A stretch of DNA of 64,000 nucleotides, taken from positions 14,694,001-14,758,000 of the forward strand of contig CM022675.1 of NCBI GenBank assembly GCA_012295275.1, given 5' to 3'. A program made the position numbers and the translations under genes. Origin of the DNA: Chrysomallon squamiferum (taxonomy: Eukaryota; Animalia; Mollusca). Numbering within the stretch: position 1 is the first letter of the stretch; each line of letters begins with the position of its first letter. Below, piece after piece: positions 1-11,234 of the stretch. The notes under the pieces are model-generated. The model made no database searches and was not told the DNA's origin. It saw only the letters and a program-made list of their open reading frames with translations.

Positions 1-166
1 TAATTTGTCAACACCAACACTGAAACAAATTCAGAAGAATATTGTTTTGTTGTATTTCTGTGGGATTTATATCCATACATATATGTATTCTTATATCTGT
101 TTATAGATAGGTATGTATGTGTGTGCATCTATCTATCTATATATATATACACATGCATGTATGTAT

Positions 167-202
<36 letters not shown>

Positions 203-382
203 GTGTACATTCCAGACATTTAATTCAGTGTTATTTGCTGACTTACTTTACTGAAACCACTGAACAATTTAACATAAATTAATAATATGTGATATTATTT
301 GACACTGAGTTTGTTGAAAAGGAACAAGCAGCTTTTGTACACAATTAATACATTTTATTTCAGTATTTACATATTTATTAAT

Positions 383-530
383 TTATTTGTCACGTGAGGA
401 CTGACAAGGTTTACATTTTGGGGTTTTCAGTTCAACAGCACTGACAAGATAGCCACATGCATCTCTCTGGTCACGTCTTGCATATCCACATACTGGACAT
501 TCACCATGGACAAAATGGTCAGCCAGAAAC
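383..530 (-). pseudogene. MARS1: Cytoplasmic methionyl-tRNA synthetase Zn-knuckle exon relic
   Basis: Follows an ag acceptor (531-532) and reads (R)[48 protein letters not shown]. This aligns with MetRS RFLADRFVEGxCPxCGYEEARGDQCDxCGKLINAVELKxPxCKxC. One Cys is lost and the stop is premature. Confidence 0.88.
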
Positions 531-728
531 CTGGACAGAATAATAAAAATAATAATAATAATTTAGCATCAAAAGAATCTTGTACTTCACAAAAAAGTAA
601 ATAAATAAATAAAAATAAAAATAAAGTAATAATAGAAATGGCTTATTTTAAAAACTTAAAATATTAAGACAGTAATTTTGCAAAGGAAGATAATTCTAAT
701 ATATAAAGTACAAAGCTGTTAGAGTTAC

Positions 729-832
729 CTGGAGAAAACAGCACTAAATGCACAACCAGTGATATTGCCAAGGTGATGAACGTTGTTGTGACAGGCAAGA
801 TCAGTGGTGATTAATGCATTTCTTTCACCATC
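729..832 (-). pseudogene. MARS1: MetRS HIGH-motif exon relic, copy 1
   Basis: 104-bp exon with ag/gt ends reading [34 protein letters not shown](R), versus MetRS [35 protein letters not shown]. HLGN is the HIGH motif. Confidence 0.88.
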
Positions 833-968
833 CTGTGGTAAATTGAAATAAATAAAGAAATAAATAAAGAAAAATAATGATATTAAAATAAATAATAGTA
901 AAATTACTTATAATAAATAAAATGATAATATATTAATATTAATAATTTAGCAACAGAAATATCTTTCA

Positions 969-1004
<36 letters not shown>

Positions 1005-1110
1005 CCCAAAATATAATAGAAATGGCTTATTTTAAAAAGTTAAATATTAAGATAGAAATTATCAAAGGATGATAACTCTAATACATAAAATACAAATGTG
1101 TTAGAGTTAC

Positions 1111-1192
1111 GTGGAGAAAATATCAGCACTATGTGAGGAACATTGTTGGCATAGCGAAGAGCACTGGTGATTAATATATTTCTTTCACCATC
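1111..1192 (-). pseudogene. MARS1: MetRS HIGH-motif exon relic, copy 2 (internally deleted, frameshifted)
   Basis: 82-bp exon with ag/gt ends reading [28 protein letters not shown] is deleted and SADIFS follows out of frame. Confidence 0.85.
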
Positions 1193-3358
1193 CTGTGCTA
1201 AACTGAAATAAATAAAGAAAGAAAAATAATGACATTAAAATAAACAATATAAAATTAATTATATAATAACAAATAAAATGGTAATATATTAATATTAATA
1301 ATTTAGCAACAAAAGAATCTTACACTTTCAAAAAAATAAAAATAAAAAAATAAAATAGTAATAATCATAATAAATAAAAATAAAATAATAATAGAAATGG
1401 CTTATTTAAAAAAGTTAAAATATTAAGATATAAATTATGCAAAGAAAGATAACTCTAATACATAAACTACAATGCTGTTCTTTTTAAAATAAAACATTAC
1501 TTACGCTGTCTTAAATTTTATCTTCCATACTGGCATCCATGTCTTCCATTTGGAATACAAAACATACTGAAGAAAATCCACAGTCTTTTTTCTAACCATG
1601 GATGACATAATAGTAACTATGAAAAAATTATGAATTACAGCTAGAATATTAAATTATCTCTCTAAGTTGTCACTTGTGTTATTTGCATATGGAGAATAAT
1701 CTGAATAATAAAAGAACGGCAATGTATTATTTTTTTTATTTTTTATTTTTATTATAAAGGGATGAGTGACATAGAATGGTAGTTTTTATTAGAGTTATTT
1801 CTCTTTGAAATAGTCAACAATTTTACTAAGATTTCTAAAATATTAGTGTTCAGAGATGTTCACAGGTGGTCGGTTGGGGTAGGGTTAGTTGGCGTCAATG
1901 AAGTTATTTAGTTAGTATTTTGTGTTTATGTTTAAAGACACAATGACCAATTCCATCAATAAAAAAAAGATAAAAATTAAAAGAATAAATCCAGTAACAT
2001 AAAAGTTTTAAGAGAGTGTTAAATATATAACAGGAATCTTATTTATTATTGTTGTTGTTATTATTATTAATTGCATATTCTGAAAATTAAACTGACAATA
2101 ACAAAATAAATAAATAAAATCAAATAATAAAAAGTAATGCAGTTCAAATTTGTATACTTTAATTTACTTCCAAATTATTTCTCATCAGACATTCTCTGAA
2201 GTATATAAGCAACTGTAGTTATGTTAAGTGAAAAAAGAAAAAAAAAAGATGGGGCATCAAAAACTGAATATTATCTGAAAAACATAGTATGGACAGCTGT
2301 GTACATGACTGAATAAAAAACAATTACCAGGTTTCAGCATTGTCAGCATTTCAAAAATAAATGACAAAGTGACTCAGTTTTTCAGTTTGCAGATTTATTT
2401 CTAATTCATAATTTTAATAGAAGAAATAAATAAAATATTAAATAATGACAAAAACAATACATTTGATTATAAAATTTTTTTTATCTGATTTGTTTCATAC
2501 TGAAAACATACATGCTTCATGACAACTGATAAAATTTCATATACATTAATACATTTCAAACTGCAAACCATTTTTTTTACAAGATATATTTAATGGACAC
2601 ATTACAAAATCATTGCAGAGCACCAGTTAATACAATTAACTGATGATTTACATACAATTCCGTTATAAATTAAAATTTATAAATTATAACTGCATTATGT
2701 ATTTTGTCTCAATATATTTTCAAATCTAAAAGATTTTCTCAACATTTACAAATCACCTTCTTTTGTTAAAGAACAATAACAATCAGATATGCAGTATAAA
2801 ATTATCAAATTAACCAAAACAATGGAAAATCTCTGACTTTAGGTTAAAACTTGGTTTAAAAAGTGTTTACTATTATCTAATTTATTCCTTTATTTAGAAA
2901 TATCTGGAGATCAGTTTCATGTCTATTTTAACGAGAGGAATAATTTAGAAATATTTTAAATAAATCATTTTTGTTATCTCAAAAATAATCTTTTATGTTA
3001 CAATGTACATTTGGATGTGTTTCTAAATATTCACTGGCTTTTGCTTTATAATCTTTCTTCTTAATTAAATAAAACACTTGTAGAAACCAGTTCTACAGTT
3101 ATGCAGCAAATTATAACTTTGGAAACAAAAATTAATTATAATTTGTACTTTTCATTTAATTTCAAAATATGAAAAAATGTATAAATAAAATCAATGTTAA
3201 CAAATATAAGTTATGCAGCAAATTACAAATTCATTTTCATAATTTTACTATACAGGTAATTAAACACGTAACTGAAAAATATTGTAAGACTAGCGAACAA
3301 ACCATATGTAACATTTCTCATAAAAACTTTACTTTTTCTTTTTGAGCTATAGTTATAG

Positions 3359-5535
3359 CAGTGTTTCCCATCCAGGGCTCCTCAGAGCCCTTGTGCTCTG
3401 CAAGAGATGACATAACTAATAAATAAAAAAGGAGAAACTGGGGGCAGTTAGATGGACAGAATGAAATAGTCAGAACAAACGAATACACCTACAATAACAT
3501 TACAATGATTACTATGTACAATGCACATGGATAATATGGATATCATGCATAATTTAAATAGTAATTTGTATAAATAAATAACTATTTAATTAGTTAAAGT
3601 GTAAATAGTTTCTAATATAAAAAAACAAGTTTATTTTCCTTTTCAGGTAAATCATTAGTATTGCGCAGAAGCAAAAATATTCGTGACTGATGACGTACTG
3701 CCAACCTCTTGCATTGAGATGCACGTGGTTGTTAGAAGCACATGAGTTAGCTGTGAACAGAGCAGAGTGGGTGCGTGTTGTGTTTTTTCTTCCCTCCTAA
3801 CTGCCAATATTTGAAAACAAATTTTAACGCGTGAAAGATGATGGAAGTATTTGAAAAGAAGACGTGCAAGTGAAGAAGAAGATAGTGAAGATGAGCAACA
3901 CTTAGCAGAGCAAAGTACAAGTAAGGTAGCTAAAGTGGGTGAGACTAAAAAAAATCGCCATTACAATGAGACATATTTGGCCTTTGGGTTCACATGGACT
4001 GGAGAACAAAACTGTCAACTTCCATTGTGCATTGTTTGTGGGAAAACACTTGTTAACGCAGCTATGTTTCCAGCCAAGTTACAGTGCCATTTCACAGCTA
4101 ATCACAGTCAATTGTTAAACAAAGATATTGATTACTTTCAAAGACTTCTTAAATCCAATGGTAAAGCCTGTACGATGTTTGAAAAGAAGGTTACTGTTAG
4201 TAACAAAGCCCAAGAAGCAAGTTATATGATAGCCAAGTTAGTTGACAAACAAATGAAAAGCCACACTATTGCTGAAAGCTTGATACTGCCTGCCTGTAAA
4301 ATAATGGCGAAAATCATGCTGGGTTGAGAAGCTTCAGACAAATTCTCAAAAGTTCCTCTTTCTGACAATACTATTAGTAGGTGTATCACTGACTTGTCCC
4401 ACAACATTGAAAATGGTTTGTCTGAAATACTAAAATGTACAAACTTTGCTCTCCAAGTAGATGAGTCAACAGACATAACTGGTAAGGCCGACATATTAGC
4501 GTACGTTCGATTTGAAAACGAAAGTAAAATTGTGGAAAATTTTATCTTTTGCAAAGAGCTGCGAGAAACAACTAAAGGTCAAGACATATTCAATCTGGTG
4601 TCCTCTTACTGTGGTTTGCCATGGATGCGGTGTGTTGGTATCTGCACTGATGGTGCTTCCGCAATGATTGGATCAATAAAAGGATTTGTGACACTCATCA
4701 AAGAAAAAAAACCCTGCTGTGATAACGACTCACTGTTTCATCCACCGGGAAGTTCTGTGTTTGCAAACTATTGGGGAGGATTTAAAAGAAGTTCTAGATG
4801 TAACTGTTAACATGATTAATTTTGTAAAGCAGCGCCCTCTTAAGACCCGCATTTTTGCAAAGCTCTGTGAAAATATGCACAAGGACCACATGACTCTCCT
4901 TCTACATTGTGAGGTAAGATGGTTATCAAGAGGAAAGATCCTAACAAGGGTATGATAGATGCAAAGTGGGTACAGAAATTAGCCTACTTAGCAGATATTT
5001 TTCAGCATTTGAACTCGCTGAACACAAGCATGCAGGGCCCACATGAAAACATCCTTACTTCAACAGACAAAATTATTACATTCCAGAAGAAACTCAAAGT
5101 TTGGAAAAAATACATTTCAAGGGGAAATGTTGAAATGTTTCCCCTGCTATATGAGCTTCGGGGTGCCACAGCTGATATGGAGGTCGTAGCAGTAATTGGC
5201 ATGCATTTGGAAATATTGTCAAATAGGCTTGACAACTACTTTCCTTCTTTGTCAGTAGAACTGTATGACTGGATTATCATTGAATTCACTTAATATGTTC
5301 CATCTGCAAGAAGAAGAAGAACTAACAGAATTACAGTCTGACTGACTTGAAGCTTGAAACTGAAATTTAATGAAGTGTCACTTGATATGTTCTGACTTTC
5401 AATAAAAGCAGAATTTCCTTTGGTTGCAGCTCAAGTACGGAGTATTTTATTACAATTCTCAACTTCGTACCTCTGTGAACATGCCTTTTCCTGTCCCACA
5501 AACATTAAAAGCAAATCAAGAAATCGTCGCCAGTC
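3359..5535 (+). mobile_element. hAT (Charlie/Buster, FAM200/ZBED5-like) transposon, 3' truncated
   Basis: 5' end cagtgtttccca. Broken transposase at 3851-5530 with YLAFGF..CIVC, ALQVDESTD, CTDGASAM, THCFIHRE, VRWLSRGK and STSYLCE. No 3' TIR seen. Confidence 0.9.
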
Positions 5536-8500
5536 AAAAAAATAAAAATAAATAAAATAAAATAAAATAAATTATTTTCAGACACTGGCGTGTGAATATG
5601 AAGATGACTATTCTCATTAGGTACCATAATGTGGATACATTATTCTGCTAAAACTCCATAGCAGACAGTTGAGTTTGAAGTTGTAAAACGATACTTGAAA
5701 CCATTATAATTATATATATATATATATAGATATAGATATATTTCCATTTTCAATTAGAGATTGTATTTACATGTAAAAAGCAAACTGATCGCGTTATTTG
5801 AATGACTGCCTTGATGCATTCATTATAACGTTTGAATCAGTTTTACAACAAGCATTTAAAAAAACACTTACATTCCGTCAACATTTTGCAGATGATAAAA
5901 AAACTGAGAAAAAGACCAGAATCTTGTACAATAGAAAACCTGATTGTAGACTCATTGTCAGACTCATTGTCAGACTCACAAGACACAGATTCTCATATCA
6001 GTATTGTTTGATGAGTTAAGTGAAACAATAAAAACAACACATATTGTCGTGATTGGTTTTATTGTATTGTTTAGTTATTAAATGCAGTACACTATACCTA
6101 TACACAAAGTATTAATACAATGAGAACTGTTATGGATAAATAACAAATATTTTATACTGTTCACCATGCATGTATGTAAGGGATTTCACAATAATAATAA
6201 TGGGAGTCTTTAACTTGATAAATTTGTGGTAACCTATAGGTTACCAGACACAATTCTTGTTTTAATGCCTGGATACAGCTGTCAAAATACATATAATTTT
6301 TCAAAGCTTTATAATTCAAGATAATGAAAAACACATTAAAATGTGTTTTTAAAACCTTTTTTCTAACAGGAATCAAAGAGTTTTTGCATCATTTTCTTTA
6401 TATTTTTTTTTACAACTTGTGTTTATACAGCAGTTGTCTGTATGTTAATGTAAAACCCTAAAAGAATGTAAAGTTTAAACATTAATGTTTTCAATGGACC
6501 ATTAGGAAATCTTATTTTTATTTGTTCCATTAGCAAGTTACAGTTTACATGTACCTTCCCAATAAGCAGGAAAACAGTTACCAGACTTCACTAGTCAGTT
6601 ACAAATCTGGCTAACAGGAATTAAACTTCATTGACTTGGAGCCACACACACACACAGAACAGAGTGAAAGAAACAAACTGTAGAGACAACACAAAGACAA
6701 CTGTTTAATTTGCTAAAATCTATTTAACTAATGAGACATGTTAGACTAAATTTTTCAAAAATTTAGAACAACACCCAGGAGTGCATAAAAACCCTCCAAA
6801 ATGTTAATAAAACCAGTTGTGAAAAACGTGATATACACCACCAACACTGAAAGTGAAAAAAAAAAAAAAAAAAAAAAGGTATTACCCTAAAAAATTTGGG
6901 ATAATAAAAAGATGAATATTGGTGGTGGAAAGTTAAGATTCGAAAAGCAATGCAAACAGCAGCAGTTAATAAGTATGTAATTTGTAAGATGTTCTAAAAT
7001 GTACTCCCATTACCTCAACATCATGTACTGCTGTTACTTCAACAAACAATTGGTACTCCTGTTAAACATATACCTAACATCTACCTCTTTATTCAACATA
7101 TGTATAATATGTATTTGCATTATCTCAGTATGTACATGTTGTGGTTGCAAGATCGAATGCTTTAGAAATTAGCACATTAGTGTAACTAATTCTTTATATT
7201 CAGTTGTTTGACTCTTGGCAGCTGTTTGCCCAATCATCACACAAATTTGTTTTATGTTTGAAGTTACCTCAGTGCTCCCTCAACACAGGTGTGAAGAATG
7301 AATGAATGAATGAAAATGAATAAATGAATATTTAATGACACCCTAGTACTAAAAATACATTGGCTAATGTGAAACAAAGGTCAATATAACAAAATGGTAA
7401 GAATTATCTATATAAATAATTAGTTAAATAAAAGACAGTGTAAAGAGCTGTGTAAAAAATATCACAGTTTATAATTTACTGTAAAGTTCATAACTCTCAG
7501 AAATTTTAAAACAAGTTCAGAAATTTTAAAACAAGTTCAGAAATACCAAACACATGATTCCGGATCTGCCTAAGATGATTGCACCCCACCAAAATGTGAC
7601 ACACTGTCACAGTACACTGACAGTGTTAAAAAAGTTCATTTTTTTAAAATCTATTTTCTTTAATTTTAAAATAATAATAATGACCAATTCCTTCTTCTTG
7701 CTCATAGCTAAATTATGGACAGTAAGTAATGAAAACTATGTTTATTTGAATCACTTGTTCCTTAAAAAAATCTTGACAGCTTTGCACATAGTTTTAATGG
7801 CAAAACATTTTTAAAAATGGCAAGAAATATACATGTTTTTATTTAATATGGTCAGTGAATCACTGGGATTTAATGGATTTATTGAACAAATCATGCTTGT
7901 ATTTCTAAATATTTAAAAATATTTTATTAACATCTTGCTGGGAAGAAACTTCATGTTTCTGTAATCTTAACGATATTAACCTGAACGAAAAAACACAAAA
8001 TCAACACACAATTTAGCACATCTCTGAAATAAAATACTGACTATTTTTCTATAGTCTACAATACCAGAAAAATTGATCATTTTCTCTTCCTCTGCATTTT
8101 ATGACACCTCGTAGAACAGCCTTTTAGTAGGTCTTAATAAACCATTGTTTGGGGGTGTTTGTTTTGTTTTTACTGCATAACCAAAATCATTATTTACTTG
8201 GTTTTTTAGTATGCAGATGAAAATCTTTTGTTAGTGATTTTATAAAATTGGCTGGACATGACAAAATCATGTGCTTTTTGGACACCCCATTAAGATTCCA
8301 ATAGAATCCCCCATGCAGCAAAGTCCATGGAGCTGCCAGGAGTTGAGTGGAAATTTTTCCCACTCGGATGAATAATATAAAAGACTGGTGAGATGATTTC
8401 ATTTTTTCTGAAATAATTGAAATATATATATCCATAATTTCCATTGGCAATAACATTGTGGATATTTTGGTTGGATTTTTATACAAGGAGAAACATTTAC

Positions 8501-9554
8501 AATAAACCAGCTGCTATGAATAAATGTATGAAAAGGATTATTGAAAATAAAAGAAAAACACCACTTTTTAAACAAATCAATGAACTGCATTATATTTATA
8601 TAAAAACAACATGGAGACATACCACTAGGATGTTGCCATAATAAGCAATTAAAACATTTTAAGTGGATATCATATATAGATGCAGTTATACCAGTCTGTT
8701 TTGCGTTATCAATACAGCACGATGGGGAAAAAAACACAGGCTAAATGCAAACCAGCTGTGCTCATCTCAGACAGACATTTTCATTGATGATGAAAACAGA
8801 GAGCAAACATCCTTTATAGAGAATGTAAAGGTATATACATAATTAAATGGTGAGAATATAGCTGAACAAAACTTACTGTAAAAGGGTTGTTAATAATTGT
8901 CAATGTGACCACAATACATTTGCATCTGAAAGTCATCATAGAAATGGGTGTTCACATTCAACCAAATAAATTTATGCATTTGCAGTTAAAAGTATTGGTA
9001 CTCATTTGATCTTTAGAACATTTTTGTAGTTTTTATTTTTATTTTTTGAAAATTTAATTGTGTTCACATGTTTCATTCAATTCAATGGGTACTTTATTTA
9101 AATGCAAACTACATCACTGCTTACCAAGTTCAACTATGAAAAGATATTTATTTGGCTCCATGATTATCTAAAATATTTGGTTACTGGCTTTCTGATGCTC
9201 TAAATATGGATTATACTACTGAGTACTTATGGAGCTAAAAATACATGTATGGCCACCAGAAGGATATTACAAAGTATCTCGAGTCATGAAGTAAACATGA
9301 TCAAACCTTCCATTTTTCACCTAAAACTAGAAATACGGATTAAATTGTATAAATAGTCAACTGAACCAAGCAAGTTTTTTGTTCAACTGTATTTGGTTCT
9401 TGACTGCTGGCTTATATTATTCATTTCTTTATCAATGTTGCATCAAAACTCGGAATCTAAAGATGCAAGAGATGTATCAAGAGGGAATAACTGTTTTTTT
9501 TTTTAAAGGGAAATAACTCTATTGACCAATCAGAAAGATGTTGCCAGTGTTTTA

Positions 9555-9563
9555 CAGTATTAC
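9555..9563 (+). promoter_or_regulatory. CRESS-DNA virus origin nonanucleotide CAGTATTAC
   Basis: Matches NANTATTAC, lies 26 nt upstream of the Rep ATG, and is followed by a GC-rich arm ccgggctacc. The upstream arm is only weakly complementary. Confidence 0.7.
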
Positions 9564-9589
9564 CCGGGCTACCATTTTGGTGTTTGATC

Positions 9590-10371
9590 ATGCCTAAGGC
9601 AACAAGTTTAAGGAGGTTCTCTTGCTAAAAGATGGTGTTTCACACTAAATAATTATACGGATGACAAATGCAAAAACTTAAAGGATAAAACTAACAAAAA
9701 TGTTGTTGTTTTCGCTATCGTGGGAAAAGAAGTGGGAGAAAACAACACTCCTCATTTACAAGGATTTATTCACCTAAAAAAAAAAGTGTATCACAGGAAT
9801 AAAGAAACTAACAGGAATAAGAAGTCACGTCGAAGTAGCTAAAGGTTCTGATGATCAGAATGACAAATATTGTTCTAAAGGAGGTGACATATTGCTAAGA
9901 GTAGGTGAACCTATTAAAGGAGGAACAGGTGGAGGATTCAATATGGCTTCTAAAGTATTGGAATGTATAGACAGAAGAATGAAAGGTGAGACAATTTAAT
10001 GGAAGATCTGGAAAAATTATCTCCATGGCTTTTTTGTGGAAAAACCATTGAACGTTCTGTTGAATTAAAAAAACAAGAAGCAATAATGGATAAATACAGA
10101 CAAAAATATACTGATACTTTATGGAAAGAATGGCAAATCAACGCATTAACACTTTGCGAAAGTCAATCTGACGAAACGAGCCGTACGTCGGTTCATAGAC
10201 AAAGTCGGTGGAACTGGCAAAACTTTTTTATGCAGATACATCTTGTGCAAATACGACAGCATCAGATTCGAAAACGCTAAAAGTGCTGATATTAAATATG
10301 CCTACAATGGAGAGAAAATCATTTTGTTCGATCTATCTGGATCTCCAAAATATGAATCAATTAAGACATAA
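9590..10371 (+). pseudogene. rep: Endogenous CRESS-DNA virus replication protein (HUH endonuclease + SF3 helicase), frameshifted
   Basis: RCR motif I RWCFTLNNY (FTLNN 9639-9653), motif II TPHLQGF (PHLQG 9750-9764), motif III YCSK (9868-9879), Walker A GGTGKT (10207-10224), KSADIKYAY, Walker B IILFD (10318-10332) and SPKYES. About four frameshifts. Confidence 0.93.
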
Positions 10372-11234
10372 CATTGTAAAGTCAGTCATGCAAGATCATC
10401 AGAAGAAAACAAAAATAAACAGTTTATAACTTGAAGCTGTTATTCATGATAAATTAAAGAACTTAAAAAATATTTGTGTTGGTTTCTAAAATTTTCAAAT
10501 GCAGTGTAATTTAATATTTTTGTTTTCTCACTAGTAAAACTTGAACAACCCTTGTGCAGTTACATATCAAACATCTGTTTTATTCTTGCATAGCGAAACA
10601 AACATATGTTTAATTAGTGTGTAAACTTGTTTTCATTCTGTGTTACTGCAGCAGACACTAATTGGTTTATCAGTAAGATGATACCAATTTTTAGAAACAA
10701 GCTTGTTTTTTCATGAGAATTTTTTTTTTTGTCAATACCCTTTGACCTTTTAAGACACAGCTCAGTCAAACTGTTTGTAGTAAACAAATTGTCAGTTAAT
10801 TCTCGACATGTTATATAAAGATAATGTTCTTAAGCTGAAGGGAGGAGAACGTCTTCTTCTCACACCATGAACATTGTTGAAATAGTTTGTTTTGTTTGGA
10901 CTCATTTCACATATAATTCTTCATAGAATGGAGCATTATCAATCTGATGAGAAGTCATCAGCGAATTTTGTCACACACAGAGTTGTTACAGTGAGAAATC
11001 ATGCATACATTCTTGTGGGGAAGTCTAATGAAATATTGTGCATGAACTGTGAACTTCAACTTTGAGATATATTGACAGTATAAAATAATTCCTGAACTCC
11101 ATGACTTAGATAAATCAATTTTTTTCAGTGGACTGAACAATTAACATTTGATTATTCTTTGAATTCTGAACAGAACATCACTTAGATTTTCTTATAAATT
11201 TATAAAATAAAAGATATCAAGTCTTTATATAAGG

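Larger units (their letters stand above)
545..1480. repeat. ~360-bp tandem triplication of an intron+exon unit
   Basis: The block aatttagca..aaagaatct..aatagaaatggcttattt..aatattaaga..gataactctaata recurs at ~560, ~945 and ~1300. Two units carry the MetRS HIGH exon. Confidence 0.8.

Noticed and set aside
3851-5293. Domesticated ZBED5/FAM200/SCAND3-type host gene
   Set aside because: Stops, frameshifts, a deletion and a TIR-like end indicate a dead transposon. The same applies to the other hAT and Tigger ORFs.
8190-8740. Viral capsid or membrane-protein gene next to the Rep
   Set aside because: No Arg-rich N-terminus or recognisable motif, and multiple stops in the hydrophobic frame; it cannot be assigned.
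9590-10371. Helitron RepHel
   Set aside because: The compact Rep with an SF3-type Walker A/B and a nonanucleotide origin fits CRESS viruses; there is no PIF1 helicase and no Helitron termini were seen.
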